A DNA stretch of 49,849 nt from Catajapyx aquilonaris (lineage: Eukaryota), in the NCBI GenBank assembly GCA_000934665.2, contig KZ538745.1, positions 1 to 49,849 of the forward strand. Direction: 5' to 3'. This document shows, piece by piece, positions 47,339 to 49,849 of this stretch (positions within the stretch are counted from its first letter, which is position 1; each line of letters starts with the position of its first letter). The notes under the pieces were generated by a model. That model ran no database searches and was not told the DNA's origin. It worked only from the letters and a program-made list of their open reading frames with translations. A program made the position numbers and the translations under genes.

Positions 47339-49716
47339 ATGGAACGTTGCCTTCTCTTATTTCTTCTGTATTCAGCGAAAGGTAAGCATTCCTTTGCAAC
47401 AATAAAAATATGAAGTCACTGCAGACTGACAAAAAATGTTAATACTTCACCCCTCTGTTGATAGTTGATTTAATTAATTAACTGTCAAATTTTTCTTTCT
47501 GAAGCAGAAATAAAAATGACAAACCTGCATATATTGATAATTAAGGCCAATAAAAATTATATTAATAATAACCAAATTTGTTACTTTTGTAGCTCGTTAT
47601 TGTCACGGTGGATTCATATACGTATCAGGATTATTATAAGTATATCATTTGTGAAAATGTAATTGGTAGCAAAATTTGATTAACTGTCTCTGGAAATGGT
47701 CCGGCAGACATGGCGTAAATTTTGTCCAGATATTGTACACACAACAAAGGTAATTTCATTTTCGTCCAGAAACTTCAATAATTCAATCTAAACAATAATG
47801 TCATTACAGGATGCAACATTAGTGATTTCACCAGCCCCTTCGGTGAAATAGGAAGAAATGGGAATAACTTCACAGTAATTATTCCTGTGCCTGCGGATAT
47901 TGGAACCTTAGTCAACATGACCTGGGACGATGATTTAGCAGGTAAAAGTCACGTTTTTTAAAATAAACTTCACACAGGGTAGTACATAGCCCAAGTCTTT
48001 TTAACTGGACTGTTGTGAACTAAAGTGTGACGTCAGAAAAGTCAGAGAAATAGGAACCTTGTTGCTTAACATAATTATGTCCTCATGAAATGCTTGGGCA
48101 ATGATCCTGATGTGCAATTATTGTCATGTTAATAATTCATCCCTTGTTGACTTTAAGATGTTTTCACCTCCGTTTATCCGACCGATATCGACACTCCCAT
48201 CATAAATGTCTCTTGGACCAAGCCAGAAAGACTGATGGCAATAGAGTTGTTGAGCCCCATCAGCTGTGACATAAGCAATGTACAGTGCGTAGTAATTATT
48301 ATGCAGTACAACTAGAGAGTAATGAAATAATTGTTCTTCAGGATAGAGTGCCAGCGTTGCCGGTTCCTAATAGTTTGCTATTGCGAATTAACGCAACATG
48401 CAAGAACAAGCCATTCACTACATTTGGAACTACAAAGAGCAGAACTACCATGAGAACTACCGCAAGAACTAGTACCTCGAAGACTACTCTTCAGCTCAAG
48501 GACCACTCGACCAACAATAAGCGCGAAACAATAATCGTAATCAGCCAGTGAAAAATTATAATTGGGGCCTGATGTTGATCCAATGATGTTTACTTTGCAG
48601 GACTTTACGATCGACACTGTCGACTACAATCGTCACAGCCCAACTTTTTCAAGCAGCAGCTACCATTACATTGTTCCAACACCATTTCCATCCATGGTGC
48701 CACTGGGTCCTCCAAGATTTCCGAAATTGCAGGTGTATGACTTGGATTGTCCAACATCAGCCAATGGAAACGTGAGCGTGGAAGACACTGAGGGCTTTCA
48801 TTTCACAGTGACTTACGAGGATGGCCACAATTATTCGGTGGTGATGGTCCCAAAGAAGCCCTTGACATATAACATTAGTGGATTGCAAGTGGTCGTAACC
48901 GCTCATGTATGTAACATTTTGTAGATACACAGTACACTACAGTGTAATATCAAAATGAGTTACTTGCAGGACTGGGGGATTCCGCAACTGAATGGTTCGA
49001 CAACTGTTTTCCTAGATTTTCTTCCGCCAAAACCGGTTTTTGGGAACGAAATGTACTCAGCACAAATAGACGTAAGTATATCCAGCTCATTAACCTAATT
49101 AAGCGGCCACTTTAACCACAATTCTGTTCAGAACGTTTCATCGCAAAATCCCATAACAACGAAACCTAAACCAGTCGTCGCAACATACACAAAATCGCCA
49201 AGCATTACCTACAAAGTAATAAAACATCCACTGGCAGGTGATTATAAAAATTATTACAAGTGCCAATGTAACAGCAAAATTGACACTGCGTTTTTTTACA
49301 AACAGATAAGGATTATTCAGACCATTTTTACGCGATAAAAAGTAATGGAACTGGCGAGGCGAAAATCTTTCTGACAAATGTAACCTGCAGTCGACTCAAA
49401 GATGGATTAGCTCTCGTCTCCATACAGGTATGACAGGTTCCGAAAGTAAGTGCAATTGCTAATTGCGTCGTATTTATTACAGGCATCAACTAACACTAGT
49501 GACGTCACGTCAGAAGTCCCATTGTTGGTCTATTTCGCGCAATGGAAGCCCAGCGTCCCAACCTGTCCGCCTTGTCCCACAACACCGTTCACTACCCCAA
49601 CATCCCTCTCAACACCATGCCCTCCATGTCCACCGTCCCAACATTGCTCCAACACAACAACAGTCACAACAACAACAACCACAACAACATCGTCAACCCC
49701 ATGCGGACCAGCCTAA
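47339..49716 (+). CDS. Secreted cadherin-repeat-like protein B, tandem paralogue of A
   Basis: Exons 47339-47381 (MERCLLLFLLYSAK), 47810-47941, 48158-~48279 (donor uncertain), 48342-48536, 48601-48906, 48970-49071, 49132-49237, 49306-49427, 49483-49716. Shared with A: VPTPFP, VYDLD.PTSANGNV.V.DT, VVVTAH|DWGIPQLNGSTTV, TSEVP, CPPSQHCSNTTT. Confidence 0.7.
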
Positions 49717-49849
49717 CATGAATTCACATAGCCAACACTTATTGACAATATAATCCCACTCAAAAACGCACTCGTAAAAAAAGCGCCAAGTCTTCCGCCG
49801 AAAAAAAAACCCTGTGAGATGGTGTCTGGGTGCCAAGCCTTGTCCACTC

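Overview
Eukaryotic genomic DNA from an invertebrate (arthropod-like by gene content) with GT-AG introns, many only 56-60 nt long, and two assembly gaps. All gene models were spliced by hand from the sequence. Left to right: an RTE-LINE fragment and a long hairpin; an F-box/LRR gene (+); three tandem minus-strand paralogues of an uncharacterised family with a variable N-terminus, an acidic linker and C-terminal C2H2 fingers (one intact, one with two in-frame stops, one truncated); a P-element/THAP9-like transposase remnant; COX18 (-, 7 coding exons, with a deleted non-LTR retrotransposon in intron 4) head-to-head with germ cell-less (+, 6 exons); tRNA-Lys(TTT); a Ly6/quiver-like gene; and two tandem paralogues of a secreted cadherin-repeat-like protein with Cys/Pro/Thr-rich tails. 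Non-coding DNA is dense with MITEs, tRNA-derived SINEs and minisatellites. The most notable items are the secreted cadherin-like/Cys-Pro pair, a tandem array of palindromes carrying 11 DRE (TATCGATA) motifs in the COX18-gcl promoter, four CRE sites in gcl intron 1, and the fast-evolving zinc-finger family. No database searches or folding programs were run; family calls rest on recognised motifs.
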